Shown here: positions 56,883-64,000 of the stretch, piece by piece
How the letters are laid out: each line of letters opens with the position of its first letter
Position numbering within the stretch: position 1 is the stretch's first letter
Assembly (NCBI GenBank): GCA_035627015.1
Contig: DASPMO010000054.1
Coordinates: 32,136 to 96,135 of the forward strand
From: Thermoanaerobaculia bacterium
GTDB lineage: Bacteria; Acidobacteriota; Thermoanaerobaculia; Gp7-AA8
Length of the DNA: 64,000 nt
Direction of reading: 5' to 3'
Made by a program: the position numbers and the translations under genes
Notes under the pieces: model-generated
Database searches by the model: none
The model's input: the letters and a program-made list of their open reading frames with translations, nothing else
What the model was told of the DNA's origin: nothing

Positions 56883-57647
56883 ATGCGGCTCAAGGTACTC
56901 GGCGCGTACGGCGCGTCCGATGCTGAACATAATCTGACCGGGTACCTGATCGACGACTGGTTCGCGGTGGATGCCGGCACTCTCACGTCGAAGCTGTCAT
57001 TTGCGCAACAGTCACGCGTGCAAGCCGTTTTCATCACGCATCCGCACGCCGACCACATCCGCGACCTGCCGCACCTGATCCACAACCGCTTCTCGCAGCC
57101 GACCCAGCCATTGACGATCTTTGCCGCCAAGGACGTGCTCGAGCTGCTGGTGCGCGACGTCTTCAACGGCATCGTCTGGCCGGACTTTTCCGAGATCGTC
57201 TCGCCGATCAACAACAAGCCCGCCGTGCAGTACCGCGCCCTGAACCCGGGGAAGCGCATCGTCTTCAACGACGTCGGCATCACCGCGGTGCCGGTCGATC
57301 ACCAGATCCCCGCGTCGGGTGTGCTCCTGGAGATCAACGGCCAGTCGATCGTCTTCACCGGCGACACCGGCCCGACCCAGGAGATCTGGAAGCGGACGAA
57401 CAAGATGCAGAACGTGGTGGCGGTGGTGACGGAGGCGTCGTTCCCGAACGACCAGCAGTCGCTGGCCGACGAGACCGCCCACCTCTCGCCGAATACCTTC
57501 GGCGAGGAGCTGAAGAAGATCACCGTCGACGCCCCCGTCTACGCCAGCCACCGCAAGATCCCGTTCGAGCGCGACATCGAGTCGCAGATCCGGAATCTGC
57601 GGGACCGGCGGGCGCGGGTGCTGCTCGAGAAGAACTACACGCTGTAG
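56883..57647 (+). CDS. MBL-fold metallo-hydrolase, class-II 3',5'-cyclic-nucleotide phosphodiesterase-like
   Basis: MRLKVLGAYGAS...AVDAGT...FITHPHADH (HxHxDH)...VFTGDTG. Confidence 0.65.
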   Translation: MRLKVLGAYGASDAEHNLTGYLIDDWFAVDAGTLTSKLSFAQQSRVQAVFITHPHADHIRDLPHLIHNRFSQPTQPLTIFAAKDVLELLVRDVFNGIVWPDFSEIVSPINNKPAVQYRALNPGKRIVFNDVGITAVPVDHQIPASGVLLEINGQSIVFTGDTGPTQEIWKRTNKMQNVVAVVTEASFPNDQQSLADETAHLSPNTFGEELKKITVDAPVYASHRKIPFERDIESQIRNLRDRRARVLLEKNYTL

Positions 57648-57780
57648 GCTCATAGGTACATAGGCTCACAGGCTCACAGGAGAGCCCTATGAGCCTATGA
57701 GCCTGTGCGCCTATGAGCCTATGAGCCTATGAACCTATGAGCCTATGAGCCTATGAGCCTATGCGCCTGTGCGCCTCAGT
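57645..57780. repeat. Octamer inverted array C: (CTCAyAGG)x4 ... (CCTATGAG)x~10
   Basis: Same 8-bp unit as arrays A and B. Sits between convergent gene ends. Confidence 0.7.
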
Positions 57781-59740
57781 TCACCCCCAGCTCCCGATAG
57801 ATCGCCTTCGGATCGAACACCTTCCCATCCTTCACCACCCGCACGACCCGCCGGATCTCCGAGATGTTCCTCGTCGGATCCCCATCCACGATGATGAAGT
57901 CCGCGAGCTTCCCCGGCTCGATCGTCCCGAGGTCCGCCTCGCGCTCGAGCACCTGCGCGGGGACGAGCGTGGCGATGCGCAGCACCTCGGCCGGCGGGAT
58001 GCCGGCGCGGACGTAGTTCTCCAGCTCGCGGTGCAGGGCGAAGCCGGCCAGGCCGTCCGTCCCCGCCACGATGGTCACGCCGCTGCGATGCAGCTCCGCG
58101 ACGAGATCGAGCATGCGCTGGTACGACGCGCGGTAGCGCTCGTCCATCCCCTCCGGCACGGGAAGCCCCCCCGCCAGGAACCAGCGCCGCACCTGCGGCG
58201 GCACGCGCTCCGCGATCATCGCGTACGACGGCTCGAGCTCTCCCTTGCGCGCGGTGAACATCCCCTCGAAGACCGTCATCGTCGGATCGACGACGATCTT
58301 TCGGCTCCGCAGTTTCTCGATGAACGCCCGCACTTCGGGCGACTGCAGGTCGAGGTCCGCGCCGCGCTTGGCCGGCTCGGTGAAGCGCGCCGGCGTGCGC
58401 GTGTCCGTCACGTCCGGCATGAAGTTGAGGAAGAGCATATTGACGTGCTGGATCTCGTCGTAGCCGGCGTCGACCGCTTTCTCCGCGGTCATCCCCGCGG
58501 GGATGTGGCCGCTCACGCGCAGCCCTTTCTCGTGCGCGTAGCGCGTCAGGAACGGCACGAGCTCCGGCTTGATGGAGCTGTAGATCTTCAGCCCCTCGTA
58601 CTTGCGCGAGACGAGGAAGTCGATGGCCTTGCGCCCCTCCTCTTCCGTCGCCACGAGGAGGTTCGTCGGTCCCTGGAACGGCCCCGGCCCGTCGATCAGG
58701 CCGGCCAGCACGAGCCGCGGTCCGATGGCCTCGCCGGAGTCGTATTTGTCGCGCAGCGCGGTGACCGTGTCGCTGTCGTTGCCGAGGTCGCGGGCGGAGG
58801 TGATGCCGGCCGCGATGTTCAGCAGGCCGTCGGTGTCGCCGAGATGCCCGTGCATGTCCCAGAGGCCGGGGAGGAGCACGCCCCCCTTGGCGTCGATCAT
58901 CTCTCCGGCGCTGTACGGGCTGTCGCTGCCGACGCTGGCAATGCGGTTGCCCTGGGTGACGACGGTGGTCGGCTCGGAGAGCCTGCCCGTGCGCGGATCG
59001 AACACGCGCGCGTTCACGACGATGACCCGCACCGGGTTGCCGGTCAGCCGCTTCGCGATCTCCGCGGCGCGCGACCGCCCGCGTTCATCCTGCGCGTCGA
59101 TGAGCTGTTTCACGTCGCCCTCGAAGCCTTCGCGGATGGTCGAGCTCCACGACGAGACGAGGCCGAAGAAGTTGCGGTCGTCGTCGAGCCAGACCTCGTA
59201 CGGCGTGAAGCCGATGCCGGAGATCTCGTACGCGGTGACGTGCGTGCCGCGCAGCGTGGCCTCGCCGACCTTGCGGATCGACGCCTCGCCGCCGCCCTGC
59301 AGCGGCAGCTTGCCGCCCGCCATCAGCAGCGCGCGCGAGAGAATGCCCCACTCCTCGGGCGGCCCATACATGCTGGTGTACAGCGCGCCCGCCTTCCCTT
59401 CGCCCGTTTCCGCGGTGCTCTTCCAGGTCACGCGGTCGCCGGTGGTGGTGAGGCGCTCCTCGACCGGCGTCTTGAGGTAGTCGTTGCCGGTCGTGACCAC
59501 GGACACCGGCAGGCCGCGCGCGTCGGTGCGCACGACGGTGTGGGTCTTCGGCCCGCGCCCGCGGTCGTTGAACTCGTAGTCGACGATCGTCTCGTCGCCG
59601 CTCGTCGTCACGACCTGCGTGCCGGCCTTGTTGGTGCTCATCAGCACCGTGTAGCGGCGCGTCTCCTCGCGCGCGGGCTGGTGCGCGCACGCTGCAACGA
59701 GCAGGATTGCCAGCAGACTATTTCTTTTCGACATCCGCAT
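57776..59740 (-). CDS. Amidohydrolase-family metal-dependent hydrolase, lipoprotein/secreted
   Basis: Lipobox LLVAAC. LPGLWDMHGHL (HxH)...SGHIP...GTDG. Confidence 0.8.
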   Translation of the reverse strand: MRMSKRNSLLAILLVAACAHQPAREETRRYTVLMSTNKAGTQVVTTSGDETIVDYEFNDRGRGPKTHTVVRTDARGLPVSVVTTGNDYLKTPVEERLTTTGDRVTWKSTAETGEGKAGALYTSMYGPPEEWGILSRALLMAGGKLPLQGGGEASIRKVGEATLRGTHVTAYEISGIGFTPYEVWLDDDRNFFGLVSSWSSTIREGFEGDVKQLIDAQDERGRSRAAEIAKRLTGNPVRVIVVNARVFDPRTGRLSEPTTVVTQGNRIASVGSDSPYSAGEMIDAKGGVLLPGLWDMHGHLGDTDGLLNIAAGITSARDLGNDSDTVTALRDKYDSGEAIGPRLVLAGLIDGPGPFQGPTNLLVATEEEGRKAIDFLVSRKYEGLKIYSSIKPELVPFLTRYAHEKGLRVSGHIPAGMTAEKAVDAGYDEIQHVNMLFLNFMPDVTDTRTPARFTEPAKRGADLDLQSPEVRAFIEKLRSRKIVVDPTMTVFEGMFTARKGELEPSYAMIAERVPPQVRRWFLAGGLPVPEGMDERYRASYQRMLDLVAELHRSGVTIVAGTDGLAGFALHRELENYVRAGIPPAEVLRIATLVPAQVLEREADLGTIEPGKLADFIIVDGDPTRNISEIRRVVRVVKDGKVFDPKAIYRELGVN

Positions 59741-62060
59741 CCTCCCAATAGAACGACCTGTATCTGCCGCGCCGCACGCGGCCGGCGTGATCTTCGATCT
59801 CGACGTAGAGGCTCGTATCGTACGGAATGCGCGGCGGCTTGTCCGGGATGGTCAGCTCGAAGCCCGGTTTGTCATTGAGGTAGCGCTGCCACGGATACGA
59901 CGCCTGCACGTCGGGACGTGGCACGCGCTCCATCTCGAACCGGTACCGGCCGCTGTGCAGGACGACCGTGGCCCGGCGGATGCCGTGCGGCGACATGGCC
60001 CATCCCTTCACGGTGAGCGAGCCTTTGGCCAGGTAGAACCACCCCGGCTCCTCGGTGACGATCATGATGGCGTCGCTGTGCGTCGGCTGCAGCGTCAGGA
60101 AACGCTGCAGGGTCTGCGACGGGAGATGTCCGGCCCCGTTCGGCACCTCGGCCATCCGGTAGCGCTGCCACTGCGGCAGGTTCCGGGTGATGGCGAAGAC
60201 GTAGTCGCCGACGATCTCGTTGTCGAAGCGCTGCAGGAACTGCAGGCGCCCCGTGGCCAGGTTGCGCTTCAGGAAGTCGACGAGCTTCAGGTAGCGCTCC
60301 CCCTGGAGCGAGTCGCCGTGCACGATCATGAGGCGCGCGCCGTAGCCTTCGAGCAGGCCGAGCATTTCGTCGTATGCGTCGCGCACCTCGGCGTCGCGCA
60401 GCTTCCAGAATTCGGGCGGGAAGAAGCCCGACGTGCCGTTGACGAGCATCACCCGGTGGGTCGCGGAGTGGAGCACGTAGCGGTAGTCGACGCCGTCGCC
60501 GCTGAACGGCATCTCCACGACCGGGCCGACGCGCGTCTTGTTCAGCCACGCGTAGACGGGAGGCGTCTCGGGAGGCACGTGCTCCCAGCGCAGCCGCGGC
60601 ACGACTTCCCACGTCATGAAGGCGAGGATGGCCACCGCGATCGCATGCTTCTTCCATCCCTTGCGGTCCCGCAGCAGCGCCGAGGCGCCGAGCGCGCCCC
60701 ACACGGCCAGCCCGACGTACGCCACGATGGCGAACCGCGCCGCCACGCGCATGGCCTGGAACGGCTCGAAACGCCGATAAAAGAAGATGTAGAGGAAGTT
60801 GTTCGCCCCGAGCGACCCGAAGATCCCGATGGCGATCCACACCGCCGCCGCCCACGCGCCCGGATTGAACCGCGACCGCGCCGCCGCGTCGCGCAGCGCC
60901 GGCGCGAAGCGCAGCACCGCCGCCCCCAGCGCCATCATCAGCGGAATGTCGGAGCTGTCCGCCGAGAAAATCCTCACCCCGAACACGGTCAACGCATACC
61001 GCTCGCTGACCGCCCCCGCCCACCCGATCGCCAGCCCGATGAAAATCAATGCATCCAGTGCCAAACGTAGGGCGGGCTTCAGCCCGCCTCCCTCGTGGCC
61101 GGGGGTCGGGCTGAAGCCCGACCTGCGTTGCGTCGCCACGATCCCGATCAACGCCAGAAACACGATCCCCAGCCCCGGAAACAACTGCTTCTCCGCCGCA
61201 TACATCTCCCCCCGCGGCACCCGCCCATACGCGCGGTTGATCGACGTCGGCACCAGCCAGTTCCGCCACGACGCCGACCCGTCGCGCACCTGATCGAAGC
61301 TGCGCACGTACTGGTAGTGTTTCGACACCACGCGATACGGCTGCAGGAAGGGATAGAGCAGGATCCCCGCGGCGAGGACGCTCGCGGCGAGCCCGAGGTA
61401 AAACTTCCACGGCCGCGGCGCGATCACCGCCAGCGCCACCACGGTGAACAGCACCGCCACGCCGCAGAACAGCAGGAAGTAGATGTTCGTCAGCCCGTTG
61501 GCGACGATGGCCAGCGCCAGCAGCGCCCCCCGCTTCCAGTTGGCGCGCTCCCAGAACGCCAGCAGCGCCGCCAGCAGCAGCGGAGGCCACGGGCTGAACA
61601 CGATCTGCAGGTGCGGCAGGTGGTCGAACTTGAACGAGCAGAAGGCGAAGAAGATCCCGCCCGCCAGCGCCCCGACGGTGCTCCCCGACACCCTCCGCGC
61701 CAGCACCCACGCGCCGTAGCCCGACAGCGCGAAGCCGAGGATGAAGGCAATGTTGTAGACCTGGATGGCGCTCAGTCCCGCGAGGAAGAACGGCATCACC
61801 ACGACGGCGACGGCGAAGAGGTTCTCGCTGTACGCGAACGGCAGGATGCCGGGGTGAAAGATCGGCGCGTCGTACAGGCGCAGCGGCTGGTGGGTGAGGG
61901 CGTAGCAGGCCCAGTCGAGGATGAACGCGTTCAGCAGCGGGTCGCCGAAATCCGACACGGCGCTGTCGAGATGCGCCGCCAGCGGCCACGTCAATGCGAC
62001 GGCCAGGACGATGAAGAACAGCAGCGCGGCAAGCTCGCGGACGATCGGTTTGTGGCGCAA
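59718..62060 (-). CDS. Large polytopic membrane protein, putative GT-C-type glycosyltransferase-like (ArnT/PMT/YfhO-like topology) with an in-frame family-B REP
   Basis: 780 aa. N-terminal AVSDFGDPLLNAFILDW loop followed by >12 TM helices and a C-terminal soluble domain. The REP peptide RRSGFSPTPGHEGGGLKPALRLA sits inside. Confidence 0.55.
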   Translation of the reverse strand: MRHKPIVRELAALLFFIVLAVALTWPLAAHLDSAVSDFGDPLLNAFILDWACYALTHQPLRLYDAPIFHPGILPFAYSENLFAVAVVVMPFFLAGLSAIQVYNIAFILGFALSGYGAWVLARRVSGSTVGALAGGIFFAFCSFKFDHLPHLQIVFSPWPPLLLAALLAFWERANWKRGALLALAIVANGLTNIYFLLFCGVAVLFTVVALAVIAPRPWKFYLGLAASVLAAGILLYPFLQPYRVVSKHYQYVRSFDQVRDGSASWRNWLVPTSINRAYGRVPRGEMYAAEKQLFPGLGIVFLALIGIVATQRRSGFSPTPGHEGGGLKPALRLALDALIFIGLAIGWAGAVSERYALTVFGVRIFSADSSDIPLMMALGAAVLRFAPALRDAAARSRFNPGAWAAAVWIAIGIFGSLGANNFLYIFFYRRFEPFQAMRVAARFAIVAYVGLAVWGALGASALLRDRKGWKKHAIAVAILAFMTWEVVPRLRWEHVPPETPPVYAWLNKTRVGPVVEMPFSGDGVDYRYVLHSATHRVMLVNGTSGFFPPEFWKLRDAEVRDAYDEMLGLLEGYGARLMIVHGDSLQGERYLKLVDFLKRNLATGRLQFLQRFDNEIVGDYVFAITRNLPQWQRYRMAEVPNGAGHLPSQTLQRFLTLQPTHSDAIMIVTEEPGWFYLAKGSLTVKGWAMSPHGIRRATVVLHSGRYRFEMERVPRPDVQASYPWQRYLNDKPGFELTIPDKPPRIPYDTSLYVEIEDHAGRVRRGRYRSFYWEDADVEKK
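61065..61130. repeat. Family-B REP hairpin pair, intragenic and in-frame
   Basis: CAAACGTAGGGCGGGCTTCAGCCCGCCTCCCTCGTGGCCGGGGGTCGGGCTGAAGCCCGACCTGCGTT. Confidence 0.7.
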
Positions 62061-62087
62061 GACGTGGGGATTCTAGAATGCCCGGCC

Positions 62088-62927
62088 ATGTCCCGCCCGC
62101 CGGTCTCTGTGATCATTCACACGCTCAACGAGATCGAGCAGATCGAGGAGTGCCTCCGCACCGTCGAGTGGGCGGACGAGATCTACCTCGTCGATTCCCT
62201 CTCCACCGACGGCACCGTGCCCCGCGTGCGCGAGCGGTTCCCGAAGGCGCGCATCGAAGAGCGCCCGTACCTCGGCGCCGCGGCCACGAAGAACTACGCC
62301 ATCGACCGCGCCGCCAACGACTGGATCTTCGTCATCGACGCCGACGAGCGCGTCACGCCGCAGCTCCGCGACGAGATCCTGCGCACGCTGGAGGGGCCGC
62401 TCGACCGCTGGGCCTACTCCGTCGGCCGCCGCAATTTCATGCTCGGGAAGGAAGTGCGCTTCAGCGGCCTGCAGCGCGACCGCGTCACGCGTCTCTTCCA
62501 CCGCGGCCACGCGCGCTATCCCAACAAGCGCGTGCACGCGGACCTCATCGTCGACGGCGCGACCGCCGACCTGCGCCACAAGATGCTGCACTACTACATC
62601 CGCAGCTTCGACCACATGATCGGCAAGATGACGCGCTACGCGAACTGGGGCGCCGCGCAGATGTTCATCGACGGCAAGACCACCGGCGTGTGGGGCATCT
62701 TCAGCCATCCCTTCGGCAAGTTCGTCCGCGACTACATCCTCAACCTTGGCTTCCTCGACGGCGCGCGCGGCCTGATCTCCGTCGGCATGCACGTCTACTA
62801 CACGTTCTGGAAGTACGCGAAGCTGTGGGAGCTCCAGCAGCTCAAGCGCCTCGGCAAGCCGGTGCCGTTGCCGGAGCTGGACAAAGAGGAAGAGCGGTGG
62901 GAGCTGCCGTGGCTGAAGAAAACGTAG
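62088..62927 (+). CDS. Family-2 glycosyltransferase
   Basis: VSVIIHTLNE...YLVDSLSTDGT...VIDADE (DxD) GT2 signature. The stop TAG is supplied by the REP (ACGTAGG). Confidence 0.8.
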   Translation: MSRPPVSVIIHTLNEIEQIEECLRTVEWADEIYLVDSLSTDGTVPRVRERFPKARIEERPYLGAAATKNYAIDRAANDWIFVIDADERVTPQLRDEILRTLEGPLDRWAYSVGRRNFMLGKEVRFSGLQRDRVTRLFHRGHARYPNKRVHADLIVDGATADLRHKMLHYYIRSFDHMIGKMTRYANWGAAQMFIDGKTTGVWGIFSHPFGKFVRDYILNLGFLDGARGLISVGMHVYYTFWKYAKLWELQQLKRLGKPVPLPELDKEEERWELPWLKKT

Positions 62928-62988
62928 GTCGGGCTTCAGCCCGACCAGCCGGCTTCAGCCCAGCCGGGCTGAAGCCCGGCCTACGTTT
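62922..62988. repeat. Family-B REP hairpin pair shared by convergent genes (supplies both stop codons)
   Basis: AACGTAGGTCGGGCTTCAGCCCGACCAGCCGGCTTCAGCCCAGCCGGGCTGAAGCCCGGCCTACGTTT. TAG at 62925-62927 (+ gene) and CTA at 62981-62983 (- gene). Confidence 0.7.
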
Positions 62989-64000
62989 CCGCCTTCTCCA
63001 CGATCACCCGCAGCCCCTCCACCCCCCGCACGCGCACGCGTGATCCCGCCGCGATCTCGCCGTTCGCGCTGGCGTTCCACAGCTCGCCGTGCACGAACAC
63101 CTTTCCGTCCGGCCCGAGCGGCGTGCGGGCGATGCCGATCTCGCCGATCATCGCCTCGACGCCGCTGGCGACCGGGTTCTTGTGCGCGCGCAGGACGAGC
63201 GTCATCAGGAAGACCGCGATGATGCCGATCGGCACGCTGACCACGAGCGCCGTCAGCAGCTTCACGCGCATCTCCGGAATGGGGCCGTCCACGAGCATCA
63301 GGGCGCCGAGGATCATGCAGATCACACCGCCTGCACCGAGGATGCCGTAGGAGGTGAACTTCGCCTCGGCGGCGAAGAGGATGAACGCCACGAGGATCAG
63401 CGCGAAGGCCGCGAAACGCGTCGGCAGCAGGTTCAGCGCGAAGACTGCCAGCACGATGGCGATCAGCCCGACCACGCCGGGGAGGATGGCCCCGGGATGG
63501 TTGAACTCCGCCCACAGCGCCAGCATGCCGAGGGACATCAGGATGAAGGCTACGTTCGGATCCATGATCCACGACAGCAGCTGCTGGCGCAGCGTCATGT
63601 CGTAGTCGACGATCGGCTTGTTGGCCAGGCGCAGCACGCTCTTCGTCCCGTTGAAGCGGCGGATCGTTTTCCCGTCGGCCCAGCGCAGCAGCGACGGCAC
63701 GTCGGCCGCCACGACTTCGATGAGCTTCAGCGCCAGCGCCTCGTCTTCGGTGAAGGACTTCGCCTCGCGCACGCCGCTCTCGGCCGCGGCCACGTTGCGT
63801 CCGCGGCGCTGGGCGATGCTGCGCATGAACGCCGCGGCGTCGTTCTGCAGCTTCATCTTCATGATCTCGTCGATCTTCTCGCCGCCGATCGTGACCGGGT
63901 GCGCTGCGCCGGTATTCGTCCCCGGCGCCATGGCCGCGACGTCCGCCGCCTCGAGGATGAAGAAGCCTGCCGACGCCGCGCGCGCCCCGCTCGGCCCGAC
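62981..64000 (-). CDS. NfeD-family membrane-bound ClpP-class protease/OB-fold protein (5' end beyond window)
   Basis: ...GTNTGAAHPV... ClpP-like region, 4-5 TM helices, C-terminal OB (KVFVHGELWNA). The frame stays open to the window end. Confidence 0.65.
   Translation of the reverse strand, partial: VGPSGARAASAGFFILEAADVAAMAPGTNTGAAHPVTIGGEKIDEIMKMKLQNDAAAFMRSIAQRRGRNVAAAESGVREAKSFTEDEALALKLIEVVAADVPSLLRWADGKTIRRFNGTKSVLRLANKPIVDYDMTLRQQLLSWIMDPNVAFILMSLGMLALWAEFNHPGAILPGVVGLIAIVLAVFALNLLPTRFAAFALILVAFILFAAEAKFTSYGILGAGGVICMILGALMLVDGPIPEMRVKLLTALVVSVPIGIIAVFLMTLVLRAHKNPVASGVEAMIGEIGIARTPLGPDGKVFVHGELWNASANGEIAAGSRVRVRGVEGLRVIVEKAET

Overview
This is a high-GC (about 68-70%) window whose gene content looks Gram-negative and Acidobacteriota/Gemmatimonadota-like; the taxonomic guess is inference. 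The minus strand dominates. Many of the long ORFs in the six-frame track are antisense or out-of-frame GC artefacts; the calls below keep only frames with recognisable motifs, ribosome-binding sites, or start/stop coupling.

Gene content, in order:
- A partial ArsR-type regulator at the window start, followed by a macA-macB tripartite efflux operon.
- A tightly overlapping six-gene phospholipid operon: a PgsA-like CDP-alcohol phosphatidyltransferase, an alpha/beta-hydrolase fused to a SAM methyltransferase, a membrane protein with SMS/IPC-synthase-like H/H/D motifs fused to a PTPMT1-like dual-specificity phosphatase, a small membrane protein, cdsA and plsC.
- Two SLT-type lytic transglycosylases, mtgA and an M15 peptidase.
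- A radical-SAM/SPASM enzyme preceded by a 93-aa tandem-repeat peptide and a TonB-dependent receptor, with a second TonB-dependent receptor diverging from it.
- A 1145-aa ABC-2 permease/M1 aminopeptidase fusion with a translationally coupled small acidic ORF.
- A beta-lactamase-like protein with TPR repeats, an AraC/GyrI regulator, tRNA-Gln(CTG), a CoA-transferase and a HAD hydrolase.
- A GAF histidine kinase flanked by two paralogous PilZ proteins.
- cutA and two tandem YfhO-like giant membrane proteins.
- A frameshifted small cytochrome c, then uvrA.
- A split LigD pair (polymerase gene and ligase gene) with a DJ-1 protein, a VWA protein, a hemerythrin and a Doc/Fic-like toxin with a lysine-rich partner.
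- Fpg/Nei overlapping lhr, an MBL phosphodiesterase, an amidohydrolase, a large GT-like membrane protein, a GT2 glycosyltransferase and a partial NfeD.

Four repeat families run through the window:
- A 13-bp-stem hairpin, AACGTAGGNCGGGC-TTCAG-GCCCGNCCTACGTT, in at least 12 copies. Several copies sit in-frame inside genes, and several donate the TAG stop codon of the adjacent gene.
- A roughly 120-bp palindromic element with GGAGTGCGGCAGCGCCAGCTGCCGC termini, in three copies.
- Inverted arrays of the octamer CTCA(T/C)AGG at three loci.
- Ten tandem copies of a 21-bp double palindrome downstream of uvrA.

The observations most worth following up are the rSAM/SPASM-peptide-TonB-receptor cluster, the lipid operon with its unusual fusions, and the intragenic hairpin insertions.
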